From positions 1,171,882 to 1,226,485 of the forward strand of contig NC_057746.1 of NCBI RefSeq assembly GCF_004010195.1: a DNA stretch of 54,604 nucleotides, given 5' to 3'. This DNA is from Chiloscyllium plagiosum. Taxonomy: Eukaryota. A program made the position numbers and the translations under genes. Positions 10,270-23,789 of this stretch are shown piece after piece (the stretch's first letter is position 1; each line of letters begins with the position of its first letter). The notes beneath the pieces are model-generated. The model was not told where the DNA came from, did no database searches, and worked only from the letters and a program-made list of their open reading frames with translations.

Positions 10270-13200
10270 GGCCCTCTATAGAATAACACTTGGGGCAGGG
10301 CTCTTGTTCCTACACTGGAGTGGTTGCAGCCTCTGTGTTCCCTGTACCTCCAAGGGCTTCATCGCCCTTTTCTCATTTGACCAAAATGTTCGGAGTGCAA
10401 TGTTCCGTTCACACTGAAGTGAGCACTGGGGCATGTGCAGCGCTGCATCGAACATGTAGAGGAAGGCAGTGTTCTTCCTGAAGAGTGAGTGGGTGGTGCA
10501 CCTCTCCCTGGAGAAGGGGCTTAGTGTCAGTGGCACGTTCTTGCCTGTCGACCCTCTGGAAGTAGTTGTTCAGAGGGTCATTTTATCGAACGTTCCACCC
10601 ATTGATGGTGATAGGGTGGAGTGGATAAGTAGGAAGGAAAATGGACAGGTAGGACAGGTTTTGAGGGTGGTGCCAAGTTGGAGGGTTGGATCTGGGATAA
10701 GGTAGGGGGAGGGGAAATGAGGAAACTCTGGGATGGGCATTGGCGACTGTGGGGCCCTCTATACAGTAACACCTGGGGCAGGGCTCTTGTTCCTACACCG
10801 GAGTGGTTTCAGCCTCTGTTCCCTGTACCTCCAAGGGCTTCATCACCCTTTTCACATTTGACCAAAATGTTCGGGGTGCAATGTTCCATTCACCCTGAAG
10901 TGAGCACTGGGGCATGTGCAGCACTGCATCGAACATGTAGAGGAAGGCAGTGTTCTTCCTGAAGAGTGAGTGGGTGGTGCACCTCTCCCTGGAGAAGGGG
11001 CTTACTGTCAGTGGCACGTTCCTGCCTGTCGACCCTCTGGAAGTAGTTGTTCAGAGGGTCATTTTATCGAACGTTTCACCCATTTTACCATCTGAGCTGC
11101 TTCTCTCCCACATCCACAGTTTGGGGAGGTGAGCTCTGGTGTGATGAAGCTGTTGCTGTGTCTGAAGGAGGCCCACCTGAGACATTTACTCCTTCTGATG
11201 GGTTTTTGTCTGTTGGCCCAGGGAGAGGTCTTGGAAGGTGTGTTTACAGTAGAGTAGTATTAGGGTGAGGCTTACTGGGTGTTCATGGAGGGTATGCGGT
11301 GTCACTATGGAGGAACTGGCATCCCTCGAAGGGCTGCTGCCAGCCCCCCCGAGCGTTCACGGCTGGCACTGTTACCTGTCCTCTCACAATACCACCTCAG
11401 CTTCCTGCGAAAGGAGCTACCTCGGCCCAGGATGCCAGGAAGATTCCCTGGGTGACCCTGAGACTTCTGGGACTCAGTATGGTGCGACTTCCCTTCTGGA
11501 GGATAGCGATCCCCAGGCCTGTCGAGAAATTGTGCGTTTTGGAGCCTGGCCTGAGGCAGATATGACTGGAAGCGGTAGAGAATTCCACTGGTCCATATAC
11601 AACTGGACTCTGTCTCAGTTAAAACTGCTTTAAAAACTCCTGGAGTTCCCCGATGGGGATGAGGGAGACCTGAGGCCCGTCGATGATAAATATGAGTGAA
11701 CGGGCAGTGCCCCCCAGCTTCCCCAGTCCCTCCCTTATCCTAAAACTTGTGAAAGAAAACAGAGGGAGGATGGTTGAGATGGGTGGGGTAGCAGCGAGAC
11801 AGTGGAGAGTTGGAGATGTCTCTTGTTCCCCACCCTCTTGGAAAAGGCACCATTCCTCAGGGTTAGAGGGACAGGGGAATCCGGTACTAACAACACCTCC
11901 CCACGGGTGAGGGAGTAGTTTCCCCTGGAAACCCCTCTCCCTCCTCACCAGGGGAGGAGGACATGAACACCCCCAACCCCCACCTATAGTTCATTGCAAC
12001 CAGATCAGGCCTCTCAAGGGTGAGGTGGGCGTGGCAGCTGAAGTCTTGCTGACGCCACAGGAACTGGAGGCTCTTGAGGTTTTCAGTGTGCCTACTGGGG
12101 ACTGAGGTGGACATTGTTACCCTGAGGTTATCCTAGATTGTAGCGCTGAAAGGGCAGGCCTCCCTGCTCTCCTAGGCCTTTATTTTAGGCTCCTCTGCCC
12201 TTACTACAGACCTTTATCCAGACACAGAGCCAGGAGTGGAGCAGGTTTCCAAACTGATGCCACCCAGAGGACCTGACATTTTAATCAACGTTTTAGTTGA
12301 GCCTGGTGTCATCCAGAACTTCGAGGGCTCTGCAAGGGATCCTGCTGCTGCTGATCCTATGGATGGGGTCAAGGCAGGGGTATGTCTAACCGGTGACCCC
12401 CTCGCCCCGCACCCGCTGTGGGGGTAGGGGTCAGTGGTCAGAGGCAACAATCTGGAGGAGCAGTGGGTGTTGGTTGGGAGCACTGCTGAGTTAGACAGAG
12501 CGGAGGGAGACGTGGTGCTCGTAGACAAGGTCTCCTTCATCCTCATCGGGGAACTCGAGTTTTTAAAGCAGTTTTAACTAAGACAGAGTCCAGTTGTATA
12601 TGGACTAGTGGAATTCTCTACCGCTTCCAGTCATATCTGCCTGGCAGCTATTGGCAGGCCCTGGAATGGGCAAGAACATAAAGAGGCTGTACCAGGGATT
12701 CCTTATCAGCATCCTCAGAGTGGAAGGGAAAAAGAGCCCTTTTGCCCCTGCTCAGTAAGTTAGGTTTCATTGTTTTAACTGGTGATGGTGGTGGTACATA
12801 CTGCAGCCATAAAGCCTCAATGTCAATGGCAGCAGAAAGGCCTGGCACAGATTTGGTATGCTCTTGCTCCTTGGGGAATGGGAGTATGCAGTGAGCCTCC
12901 TACAAGAAACCCCATACCGTTTCCGGAGATCAAGCTGCACAGTTCCTGGAGTGGCAGTGGAAGGGTCTTACTGAGTCACCTAGCTTCCAGTTCTGGCAGG
13001 GATGGCTACCTTGTTGGTCCCTTTCTTTCAGGTGGAGATTGAGGGTCAAGGGATGTGTACCAGGCCCGTGTGCTCCAGCTTATGCTTCATTTCAGAGACA
13101 TGTGAATGTATGTGTGCCTTGTATGGGACCTGACTAGACCACATGGTTCTTCGAGGAACTGTCTAATCTTCTTAGCTCCATCGATGAGGGCAAACTCATC

Positions 13201-15870
13201 TTCTTTGGGAGAGATTTCACTTGTACCCTGAGCAGCAGGACTGTGGTGGTACCTAGAAGAGCTCAGCATCGGTGGGGAAGCTGAGGGACTTGGTTAAAAC
13301 CTTTGACTTGGTAAATGTCTAACAAGCTCTCCATCCTGACTCCATCACCTTCACCGTCGTGAGGCCTGGAGTCAGAGCTCCAGAGTTGATCACCTGTACA
13401 TTTTGCGGGTGTACACCTCCTCCTTTCCGGTGGCCTCCACGCAGCAGGTGCCGTGCACGGCCCATTACCTGGTGTGAGCGGAGGTCCTACCATTTGGCAC
13501 CCACCTCGGATCCACATACTGGCACTTGAACAACCTGTTGCTGGAGGATGAGCACTTCCGGGACTCATTTCGTCGGTTCTGGGCCGGCTGGAGAAGGGAG
13601 CGGGGAAACTTCCCTTCCCAGAGGCTATGGTAGAAATCCAGGATTGAGGAGTTGGGGAAGGAGGTGTTCGACCTGGAGTCATGTCTCGGTCAGCCCGATG
13701 TGGACCCACCCTGTAGGGGGTGTACAAAGAGAAGAAGGCCGCGCTCCAGGACTTGCAGCTTGTTGGGTCCTGGGGCACATATGTGAGATCATGGACCAAT
13801 TCCTTCGGGATCTCCACTACAGCTCCCCCACTTGCACGGAGTTCTCCAGCAGAGGGACTGTTATATGGCTCCCTTCTCTCCAGATCCATCCAGTGAGGAA
13901 GCTGACAAAGTCCTGTCGCAGGTCAGCCCTGAGGGTGCTGAGAGGCCTGACTCCCTTCTAAGGCTAGAGGAGCTGACCAGTGCCCTCAACTGTCTTTCCA
14001 GGGGCAAGACACTGGGACTGGACAGGCTGACCGTGGAGTTCTGGAATGTTCTGGGAGGGTGACTGTGTGCAGATCTTGGAGGACTGTATCGTGACCGGAG
14101 AGATGCCCCTTTCTTGGAGCAGGGCCGTCATCACTCTGTTGCCTAAGAAGGGGGACCTCCGTTTGTTAAAGAATTGTTGGGAATGACCCATCTCCCTCCT
14201 CAGCATGAACTACAAAACCTTTGTCAGGGCACTTTGGATTCCCATTGGTACTGTGCTGGACCACATGATCCACCCAGACCAGTCCTCACTGTCCTGGGCC
14301 AGAGCATCCACAACAATATCCACCTGGTGCAGGACATGATCTATTAGTCTCAAAGGGCTGGTGAATCAAGCATATTCTTCTCCCTTGATCAAGAAAAGAC
14401 GTTCGACAGAGTGGATCACGAGGATCTGCTAAGGAGTCTGTGAGCTGTTGGATTCAGGATCCTAGTGCGTAGTGAAAGTCAACAGATCCCTGATGGTGTC
14501 CCTCCCCTTTGGGAGAGGTGTACGTCAAGGCTGCCCCCAGTTCGGCCAGCTGTATTTTCTACAACTATGATTTTACATCGAGCCTCCTCTTAGGATTTGA
14601 ACCCTGATGAGGTAATCTTCCATCAGTTGCACAGTCTCTATTACAATATGCAGTTCGTGTTCATGGAGAGGTCGCAGTCTTGGGTCTTTCTCCTAGAATT
14701 GCCTGACTTCCGTCTAGTAGGACTTATACACTTAATGGGAAGGTCCTAGGGAGTGTTGCTGAACAAAGAGACCTTGGAGTGCAGGTTCATAGGAGAGGCT
14801 GAACAGGCTGGGGCTGTTTTCCCTGGAGCATCAGAGGCTGAGGGGTGACCTTATTACGAAATTATGAGGGGCATGGATAAATAGACAAAGTCTTTTTTTC
14901 TGGGGTGGGGGAATCCCGAACTAGAGGGCATAGGTTTAGGGTGAGAGGGGAAAGATATAAAAGAGACCTAAGGGGCAACTTTTCCACGTAGAGGGTGGTA
15001 CGTGTATGGAATGAGCTGCCAGAGGAAGTGGTGGAGGCTGGTACAATTGCAACATTTAAGAGGCATTTGGATGGGTATATGAATAGGAAGGGTTTGGAGG
15101 GATATCGGCCGTGTGCTGGCAGGTGGGACTAGATTGGGTTGGGATATCTGGTCGGCATGGACGAGTTGGACCGAAGGGCCTGTTTCCATGCTGTACATCT
15201 CTATGACTCTGTGGAACTGATTGCAGTCTGGGACACGGTCGGCTCATGCCTGAACTCTCCCTCTATGGGAACGGCTGACCTCGCCAGGTTCCTCCTTGAG
15301 GGAGGAGAGAGCTGGGGATGCAGGGTTGACTAGAGTCTGGGATGGCTGGGTGACAGAAGAGCAGGCTGAATGCTGACCCCTATCCATCCGGACGGCAATA
15401 TCGATCTGCGCAGCAGAACCTTTCTCGTGGTGTGCTGCCTCACAAACTGAGCCACCTCAGACATAATCTCCTGATGCCCTTTTGCATGGCATCATTTGTA
15501 CGGGTTGATGCTCCACACTCTCTGATGCTGTGCTCTTACCCACCACCCAGACACACCTTAACACTTTGCCCTCCAACAGCAGAGATCCCCTGTTTAGGGC
15601 CCTCTTATGTCAGGGATTTGGGGTGGAGAGTGCGACATGTGGCGGTCCCGTGAAACTGGTGACTGAGCACGTTTGCCAGGTGCCAGGCTACGTTCACCTT
15701 CTGGTGCCTGCAGGAGATGGTGTTTCACATTTACGTTGAGTGTGTTTGTCTGCAGCCCCGTTTTGGTTCTTTGAGGGGGCTGCTGTTGAAATTTTGGCTA
15801 CATTTCAGCCCTACACTCCTCTGGATCCTTGGGTATCCGGTGCAGGGAAGCGTGGACAAGTCTACAAACC
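10270..15870 (+). mobile_element. Decayed L1-superfamily Tx1-like retrotransposon (ORF1 and ORF2), with internal duplication, inversion and a CR1 insertion
   Basis: ORF1 motif AVFFLKSEWVVHLSLEKGLSVSGTFLPVDPLE..QRVILSNV (twice). ORF2 motifs WHLNNLLLEDEHFRDSFRRFW (~13520), GLDRLTVEFW (~14015), SLDQEKTFDRVDHE (~14380), GRGVRQGCP (~14511), LLKFWLHFSPTLL (~15781). Confidence 0.8.
14717..15210 (+). mobile_element. CR1/HER1 LINE 3' fragment
   Basis: RLNRLGLFSLE..RLRGDL, SRTRGH, RVVRVWNELP; ends in CTCTATGACTCT tail. Confidence 0.85.
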
Positions 15871-15889
15871 TTTTTGTAGCTTTTTTGTT

Positions 15890-16855
15890 TAAAAGAGGTG
15901 GAGGGTTGTTTCTCAGACTGGAGGTGTGTTCCCAGCGGTGTTTCATAGGGATCTTGCTGGGTCCACTTTTGTTTGTCATTTATACAAATGATTTAGATGA
16001 GAATATAGAAGGCGTGGTATGTAACTTTGCAAATGACACCAAAATTAGTGGTATAGTGAATAATGAAGAAGGTTCTCTAAGATTACAAAGAGATCTTGAT
16101 CAAGTGGGTCAATGGGCTGAAATTTGGATAAATGTGAGGTATTATATTTTGATAAAACAAACAAAGGCAAGACTTATACAATTAAAAGTAGGGTCTTGGG
16201 TAGCCATGACTTGGAGATGCCGGTGGTGGACTGGTGTGGACAAAGTTTAAAAAATCACACAACACCAGGTTGTAGTCCAACAGGTTTATTTGGAAGCATT
16301 AGCTTTCGGAGCACTGCTCTGTCATCATTCATCGTATAATTGTGATGAACCTGATGAAGGAGCGGTGTTCCGGAAGCCAGTGCTTCCAAATAAACCTTTT
16401 GGACTATAACCTAGTTTTATGATTGTTTATTTAGTCTTGGGTAGAGTTGTAGAACAGAGACCTAGGGGCTTAGGTACATTAATTTTTTTGAAGTTTGCAT
16501 CACATGTTGACAGAATGCTTAAGAAGGCATTTAGCACACTTGCCTACATCACTCAGATGTAGGTATGAGTAAGGTGAATGGCAGGGGTATTTTCCCTTGG
16601 TTGGACGCTTTCAAGAATTGGAGGCATTTTTTAAGGTGAGAGGAGAAAGATTTAAAAGTAGTGGTTCATCTGTGGAATGAACTTCCAGAGGAGGTGGTGG
16701 GTGTGGGTACCATTACAACATTTCAAAGGCATTTAGGTAAATACATGAATAAGAAATGTTTGGAGGGATATGTGCCAAGCGCAGGCACATGGGCCTAGTT
16801 TAATTTGGGATTATGGTCAGTATGGACTGGTTGGACCATGCTGTATGACTCTATA
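15890..16855 (+). mobile_element. CR1 LINE RT fragment with nested short Penelope-derived hairpin (~16204-16433)
   Basis: LLGPLLFVIYTNDLD, FANDTKI, KCEVLYF; insertion flanked by duplicated GTCTTGGGTAG. Confidence 0.75.
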
Positions 16856-17169
16856 ATTAGCCAAGATAGACACATTAAACAATATATTTATAACCTACAA
16901 TGATTAACCTTTAATATAATGGAAGACAGGCAAAACGAAGCAATATCCCACAGAAGATGAACCAGTGTAAGATCTGAAATCCTGCCTCATCCATGGCACT
17001 ATGTGAATGGTGCTGGATAATTAAATATCTCACTGAACAAATTCAATGATGTTATCATCACACAATCAATATCCATTCACCAGAAACTGAACTAGACTAA
17101 CCACTTTGGGTATGAAAGCAAGTCAGCTACTGGGAATTCTGTGGCAAGTAATTCACCTCTTGACTTCCC

Positions 17170-19910
17170 AAAGCCTGTCAAGGAAACATAGAAAATCCTG
17201 AGAAAATGTAGGCCATTCAGCCCTTTGACCCTGCTCCACCACTCAATGCACTCATGGCCGATCATCATTCTCAGTAATTTGCTCACACTTTCTCTCCATA
17301 CCATTTGATACTTTAGCCCTACAAACTAACTCTAACTCTATAAAAACATTCCATGTTTTGGCCTCAACTGCCTTCTGTGGCAGCAAGTTCCACAGGCTCA
17401 CCACTCTCTGGGTGAAGGAATTTCATTGTCTTATAGAATCCCTACACAGTGGAAGCGGGCCATTTGGCCCATTGAGATCATATCGACCCTTTGAAGAGCA
17501 TCACACCCAATTTCTATAACCCTGCATTTTCCATGGCCAATCCATCTAATCTGCACTTCTTTGGACTGTGAGGGGAAACCAGAGCACCCAGAGAAAACCC
17601 ACGCAGATACAGGGAGATAGTGCAAACTCCCCACAGACAGAATGTGGAGGCAGGAATTGAACCCAGGTCCCTGGCACTGTGAGGCAGCAGTGTTAACCAT
17701 TGAGCCACCATGCCACCCCAGCAAAATAAGTATTTCTCCTTATTTCAGTCCTAAATGGTTTATTCCATAACTTTGAACTGTGACACCTGGTCCTGGATTC
17801 CCGAGTCACCTGGAACACCCTTCCTGTGTTTACCATGTCTGTTAGTGTTTTATAGGTTTCTGTGAGATCCTTCCGATCCTCATTCTTCTAAAACCCAATG
17901 ATACAGTTGTAACCGATCCAGTCTCTACTCATATTGTCAGTCCTTATCATCCAGGAATAAGTTTGGCAAACCATTGTGTATGCCTTCCATAGTCAGAATA
18001 TCCTTCTTCCAGTAAGGAATGCGAAACTATTCACAATATTCCAGGTATAGTCTCATCAAAGCCCTGTACAATTGCAGCAAGATATTGGACTCGATTCCTC
18101 TCACTATGAATGCCAACACATTATTTGTCATCTTCACCACTTGCTGCACTGAAACTCTTAGTTTCAGCAATTCGAGCACAAGGACACCCCAGTCTCTTAG
18201 TTTCTACCCCCTTTCCATATTTGTCACCATTCAGATGATCATCTGTCGTCTTGCATTTGCTACCACCGTGGATAACTTCTCATTAATCCACATTAGACAT
18301 CACATGCCATGCATTTGCTAATCACGCAACTTGTCCATATCACACTGAAGCATCTCTGCATCCTCCTCATAGTCCACACTTCCGTTCAGCTTTGTATCAT
18401 TTGCAAACCTGGAAATGGACATTTAGTTCCTTCGTCTAAATCATGAAAATATATTGTGAATAGGTGGAGTCCAAGCACTTAACTTTGCTAAACCCTGCTG
18501 ATCACTGGCTACCACTCAGAAAATGACACTGTATTCCTACCCATTGTTTCTTATTTATCAAACAGTTCTCTTTCCATGTCAGTACTCTCTCCTCAATCGC
18601 ATGCACTTTAAATTTTACACACTGATCTGTTATGTGGGACACTATTGAAAACCAACTGAAAGTCCAAATAATTCACATCTGCAGACCAATTCGACTAGTT
18701 ACAGCCTTTGAAGAATTCCAGTAGTCATAAAGTCATAGAGAGCTACAGCACAGAAAGAGGCCGTTAGGCCCAACAATTCTGTACCAATTGAAAACAGCGA
18801 TCAAAAATTCTAATTCCCCCCTTGGCCCACAGCCCGTGTGCCTTGGCACCGTGCTTCTAAATGCTTTTCAATGTTAGAGGATTTCTGTCTCTACCATCCT
18901 TTCATACTGATTCCCACCATCCTCTGAGTGCAAACCTTTATCCTCATCTCTCCATAGATTTATCATGTGTGATTTCCCTTTCATACATCTCTGACTTTGT
19001 CCAATCCTATCACTTTCTTATTAAATCTTTGATAATTGACTCCATCATTTGCACAACTACCAATGTCAGGCTAACTAAGTGTCTAATTCCCTTTTTTTTT
19101 CTCTGCCTCCCTTTTTGAATAATTAGCAACCCTCTAATCCATAGGATTTGTTCCAGATTGTACAAAATTTTGAAAGATGACCACCAATGAATCCACTCTT
19201 TCCAGGGCCATTTTGGAAAATATTGTGGAATATGGATGATCAGGCCATGAGGATTTATCAATCTTTAATTATAAGATTTCCCAACACCATTTCTTCACTA
19301 ATACTGATTTCTTTAGTTCCTCCCTGTCACAAGACCCTATGTTCCCAACATTTTTGAGACATTATTGGTGTTCTTCTTTGTAAAGATGGAATCAAAATAT
19401 GTATTTAATTAGTTTGTCATCTCTTTGTTCTCCATTATAACTTTCCTATTTGTGACTGTAAATAACTTATATTTGTTGTCATCATTTATTTTCACTTCAT
19501 GCACTTATAAAAGCTTTTACAGTTAGTTCTGTAAGTTCTTTGCAAGCTTATTCTCGTACTGTATTTTACCTCTACTTTATTTGGCCAATTTGTACATCCC
19601 TTCCTTGGATCTAATACTATCTGTAATTTCCCTTGCTAGTCATGGCTAGGCCATCTTCCCATTTTGTACCAGACCGGAAAGAACAATTGTTGCAGTTCAT
19701 CAATGCATTCTTTAATTGTTTCCCATTTTCTATTCTCTATCATCCCTTTGAGTATGGTTCCATAACTTACCGTAGCCATCTCGTACCTCATATCTTAGTT
19801 TCCTTTATTTGGATTCAGGACCCTCATCTTAGAATTGACGCTGTCACTGTCCATCCTAATGAAGAATTATGTTCACTCCTCATAAAGGGTCTCGCAAAGC
19901 CAGATTGCTA
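17170..19910 (-). mobile_element. Degenerate CR1-type LINE fragments
   Basis: Minus-strand RT remnants such as LVSLTLVVVQMMESIIKDLI and a FANDTKL-like motif near 18390-18410; CR1-like 3' end near 17190. Confidence 0.65.
17432..17722 (-). mobile_element. HE1-type tRNA-derived SINE
   Basis: tRNA-like head GGCATGGTGGCTCAATGGTTAAC...GGGTTCAATTCC (A/B boxes), central GTTTGCAC...TGCGTGGGTTT core, CR1-like tail. Confidence 0.85.
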
Positions 19911-22280
19911 ATGATCCCTTTTATTTTCACCAACTACAAGCTAGGAAGGAATACTCTCCACCCTGCCTGGATGAATGTCACCTCACTAAGTTTGCAGATG
20001 TTGAAGGCCTGTGTTAATGGGTATTGAGGCTGAGGTTGAACAGAGATGGGTATTTTGATGAAACTAGAATTAGGTTGAGTTTGGGTATCAGCTCAGCATC
20101 AATGATAAAAGCATCAAACTGTTATTTTATAAGCACTATTACACAATTAAGTTTTCAGTGAGAATTAAACTATTGCTCAATACTGCAACTTTGACATAGT
20201 TTGACTTTACAAGTCGATATTTGTTGATATGACTGGTGTTAACCTCGAGAGTTTTATTATTAATTCCAAGTCAAAAGATTTTTTTTCTCATGGAGACAGG
20301 ACCTGGCTATTCGCTTTCTGTTTAGTATTGTATCATTGTAGTCAATAAAAATTACCATCATCCATCCTTGCACTGTAAGATGTTACAGGATGTACAGCTA
20401 GGACAGATATTAAGGTCAATAAATGGAGGCCAGTCAAATTTCAAAAGCAATTCCTGCTTGAAATATGCTAACCAATCCTCTTGTCTCCAAACAGATCTGG
20501 CATATAAAATATACACTGTGTGGCTACTAGGTACTGGATTCTTCACTGTCAGTGTGAAACATTTGCAACTCAGATTTAACTTAATGGCAGCAACATAACA
20601 AACAAATTCAACCTCTTCTATGCCAAGTATCTTGTCACCTGTGAACAGAGCTAATGGCTGGTGAACAGTTTTTAGGAGCTATGTCAAGGCCTCCCAACAC
20701 CAACCTGTCTCTGAATCTGATTCACTTGTCTCATCACTTCCTGTCCCTTTCTCTCAAAGGACTTTATCTTCCAAAATCTAAATGTTAGATTTAGATGTAT
20801 CACAATAAGGAAAGACACTGACTAACTGAGGGATGTGAATCTGTGTAATTCTTTATTGCAGAGGGCTGTTGAGGCAATCAGTGTATTCAAGGCTGAGTTA
20901 GATTTTTGATCAGCAAAGGAATTAAGGGTAATGGGGAAATACAGGAAAAAGAAATTGAGGATTATCAGATCAGCCACAATCTCATTGAATGACAGGGCAG
21001 ACTCAATGGGCTGAATGGCTTACATCTGCTCTATGTCTAATTGTCTTATGGTGTCCCACACTGTTACCTCTGGGGTTGCTGTGGTGAGTGGGATAAATGC
21101 ATTTAAAGGAAAGCTACTTAAGTATATGAGAGAGAATGGGATAGAAGTAGAGAAGGAAGGATGAAATGAACTTGAGTAGAACATGACTCATTTGGCTGAA
21201 TGATGGATTCTGTGTGGTATATGGTACCCTGTTGTGTGATTTATTCCTCTTATTTATGTGCTCTTCCTTGTCAACATCACCCTAAAATACTGCATTAAAT
21301 TTCCACATGTAAACTGGCAACCTGCAGCTTAATCTCACCAACACCTCTTTGCCATCCTATCACTATCTCTGATTTGTCATGTTGCCTGTCCGACGTCCAG
21401 AACTGGATAACCAGAAATTTTCTTCAATTAAATTTTAGGAAAATCAAAGCCATTAGTTTCAGTCTGTGATGTAAATATAATTTTCTGACTACTGACTCCA
21501 TTCCCATACCTGACCACACACTGAGACTGAACCAGACTTTACACAGATATGTGTCTTACATAAGCCAGAGCTGATCTTCCAATCCTATGCCTTCTCCATC
21601 ACTGAGACTGTCCACTTCTATCTCTGGAACTTCTCCTGCTTCAGCTTCGTCACCACACATTCCACCTTTAAAATCTGAACTTTTCCAAAAGTCTGCTGTC
21701 TGGATCCAAACTCACATGAAATTCAGTTTACCTGAGCTTGTTGATCTGCATTGATTCATCTGGCAATACTTCAAGTTTAAACTTCTCATCATTGTATTCA
21801 AATTAGTTCATGGCTTCATTATTCCCTATTTTTGTAACCTCCTCCAGCTTAACAATCCCCTCACAACTCTGCATCCCTCCAACCATTGGTGGAAATCTCC
21901 TTCTAAATCAATTCTTTGATCAAGCAGGTCACTCCTTATAGAATTCCTTCTCGGAAACAAGTTTTACTCTGATTATATTTAGTGAAATACCTTTGGGTCA
22001 TCATGCCATGTAAAAGGCACTATTTAAATGCAAGTTGTAGTACAGTCTAAGTTACACACAGTGAATGGTATGGTTCAGATCTGATGTAACTCATGTTCTT
22101 CCCAAATGTAGGATCTTAGCTCATTGTCTTTTGATGCTTTACCTGAAGGTGTTTTGTTGGCTGTTTCTGTCCGTGGTGGTTTGAAATTACCTTCCACTCA
22201 GAGGGAAAGGGTGACTGGATAAGACTTTGATTTACAACAGCCAAAACACAAATTAAGCCAATGCTTTTTGGCATTATTGA

Positions 22281-22466
22281 GGGTGGCACAGTGGCTCAGT
22301 GGTTAGCACTGCTGCCTCACAGCACCAGGGACCTGGGTTCGATTCCATTCTCGGGCGACTGTGGAGTTTGCACATTCCCCCTGTGTCTGCGTGGGTTTCC
22401 TCCGGGTGCTCCGGTTTCCTCCCACCGTCCAAAGATGTGCAGGTTAGGTGAGTTGGCCATGCTAAA
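22281..22466 (+). mobile_element. HE1-type SINE, 3'-truncated
   Basis: GGCACAGTGGCTCAGTGGTTAGCAC...GGGTTCGATTCC head plus core. Confidence 0.85.
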
Positions 22467-22740
22467 TAAAAATCCTGGAACTGGATTTTCGGCTTCAGTG
22501 TGGGAATTGGGAGGTGGATCATTTCCCAGCATCATGATCCTGCTTCTACCCAGACAGTGGATTTTCAACAGAGGGAGCTGGGGCAGGAATGGAGCCAGGC
22601 CGGAACAGCAACACTGAAGGGGGATGGTTTAAGCAGAACTGGGTCAAATGGGCTAATACAGATTTGTCTCGATGTCATCTTCATATTGCAAGAAATCCAA
22701 GCTCTCCACTGAAGGAAGTATTACAGTTGGAACTCTATTC

Positions 22741-23049
22741 TGGGCACAGTGGCTCAGTGGTTGTTGCTGCTGCTTCACAGTGCTAGGGACCCGGGTTCGA
22801 TTCCAGCCTCAGGCAACTGTCTGTGTGGAGTTTGCACATTCTCCCCGTGTCTGCTTGGGTTACTTCCCACAGTCCAAAGATGTGCAGGTCAGGCGAATTG
22901 GTTATGCTAAATTGCCCGTAGTGTTAGGTGCAGGGGCAAACATAGAGTATTAGGGTGAGGGAATGAATTTGGGTGGATTACTCTTGGAGGGTTAGTGTGG
23001 ACTTGTTGGGCCGAAGGGCCTGTTTCCACATTGTAGGGATTCTATGATT
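22741..23049 (+). mobile_element. HE1-type SINE, part of the left arm of the inverted duplication
   Basis: A/B boxes, core and GTAGGGATTCTATGA tail. Confidence 0.85.
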
Positions 23050-23417
23050 ATTGTGAACCAAAAGCTTGCTGTTTATCCAACTGAAGTAACCAAGCCCTAC
23101 AGCACAAATACCTAGGCAGTAAACGATATAATGCAGCCACATTTTTATACACTTACAAGTTTTTATTTTCAAGAACTCATTGTTATTATTGTGTATGTTA
23201 TACCACTTTTGGAACTCATAACCAATTAATTGCCCCAGTTGAAAGAGATGTTATTACCACACTGAAACCAAAACAATCATTTCATCCCCAGTTAATAACC
23301 AATACTTGAGTGTAATTAAGCACCCAGTTAATAAACAATTAATGACACTGTACCGAGCCCAGTCATGTCATATATTAATATCCATATATCATTACATTTT
23401 ACAGTTTTATAACTCAC

Positions 23418-23484
23418 ATTTCACAGCCAAGGTTCCTTGAAGTAAAACCAGCATTAATATAGTAATGTAACATCCAGCTTCCAT
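23418..23484 (-). CDS. MHC class II alpha chain, exon 1 (signal peptide)
   Basis: AGAATGG start context; MEAGCYITILMLVLLQGTLAVK plus T then GTGAGT donor (67 nt, phase 1). Splicing to exon 2 makes T+AC = Tyr and keeps the frame. Hydrophobic leader directly downstream of an X-Y-TATA promoter. Confidence 0.92.
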
Positions 23485-23618
23485 TCTGCTTGCGGATGTA
23501 ACCAGATTTCACCCTCTGGAGAGCTCTTAATCTGTTGTGAGTGTGCTCTCTCTCTGTGCGAAGTTCAGTTTCTGTCTGACTGTAGTGAGCATTACTTGGT
23601 AATTGACAGATGTTGTAT

Positions 23619-23690
23619 TATTTATAAACCAATCACCAATCGAGATCTCCTTCATCAGCTGTTTCCAGGTGAAATTCAAACTTGTTCTGT
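23619..23690 (-). promoter_or_regulatory. MHC class II alpha proximal promoter (S-X-Y and TATA)
   Basis: Minus strand: weak S-like AGAAC ~23688; X1 CCTGGAAACAGCTG 23669-23656; 19-nt spacer; Y GTGATTGGTT 23636-23627, preceded by a second GATTGG; TATAAATA 23626-23619; about 140 bp upstream of the ATG. Confidence 0.88.
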
Positions 23691-23789
23691 ATTACTCTGA
23701 CTGAGGAGAAAGTGAGGTCTGCAGATGCTGGAGATCAGAGCCTTGCGTTATGTTTACTTGAGAAAGAATTGCAGTCAGATGGATATATG

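Noticed and set aside
20465-20520. CCAAT boxes here and at ~24843, 49231 and 51683 as further modules
   Set aside because: No X-like box at the required spacing.
23215-23365. Loose repetition of CCCAGTT(AATAA) just inside intron 1
   Set aside because: Only three or four degenerate copies in AT-rich sequence, with no function supportable.
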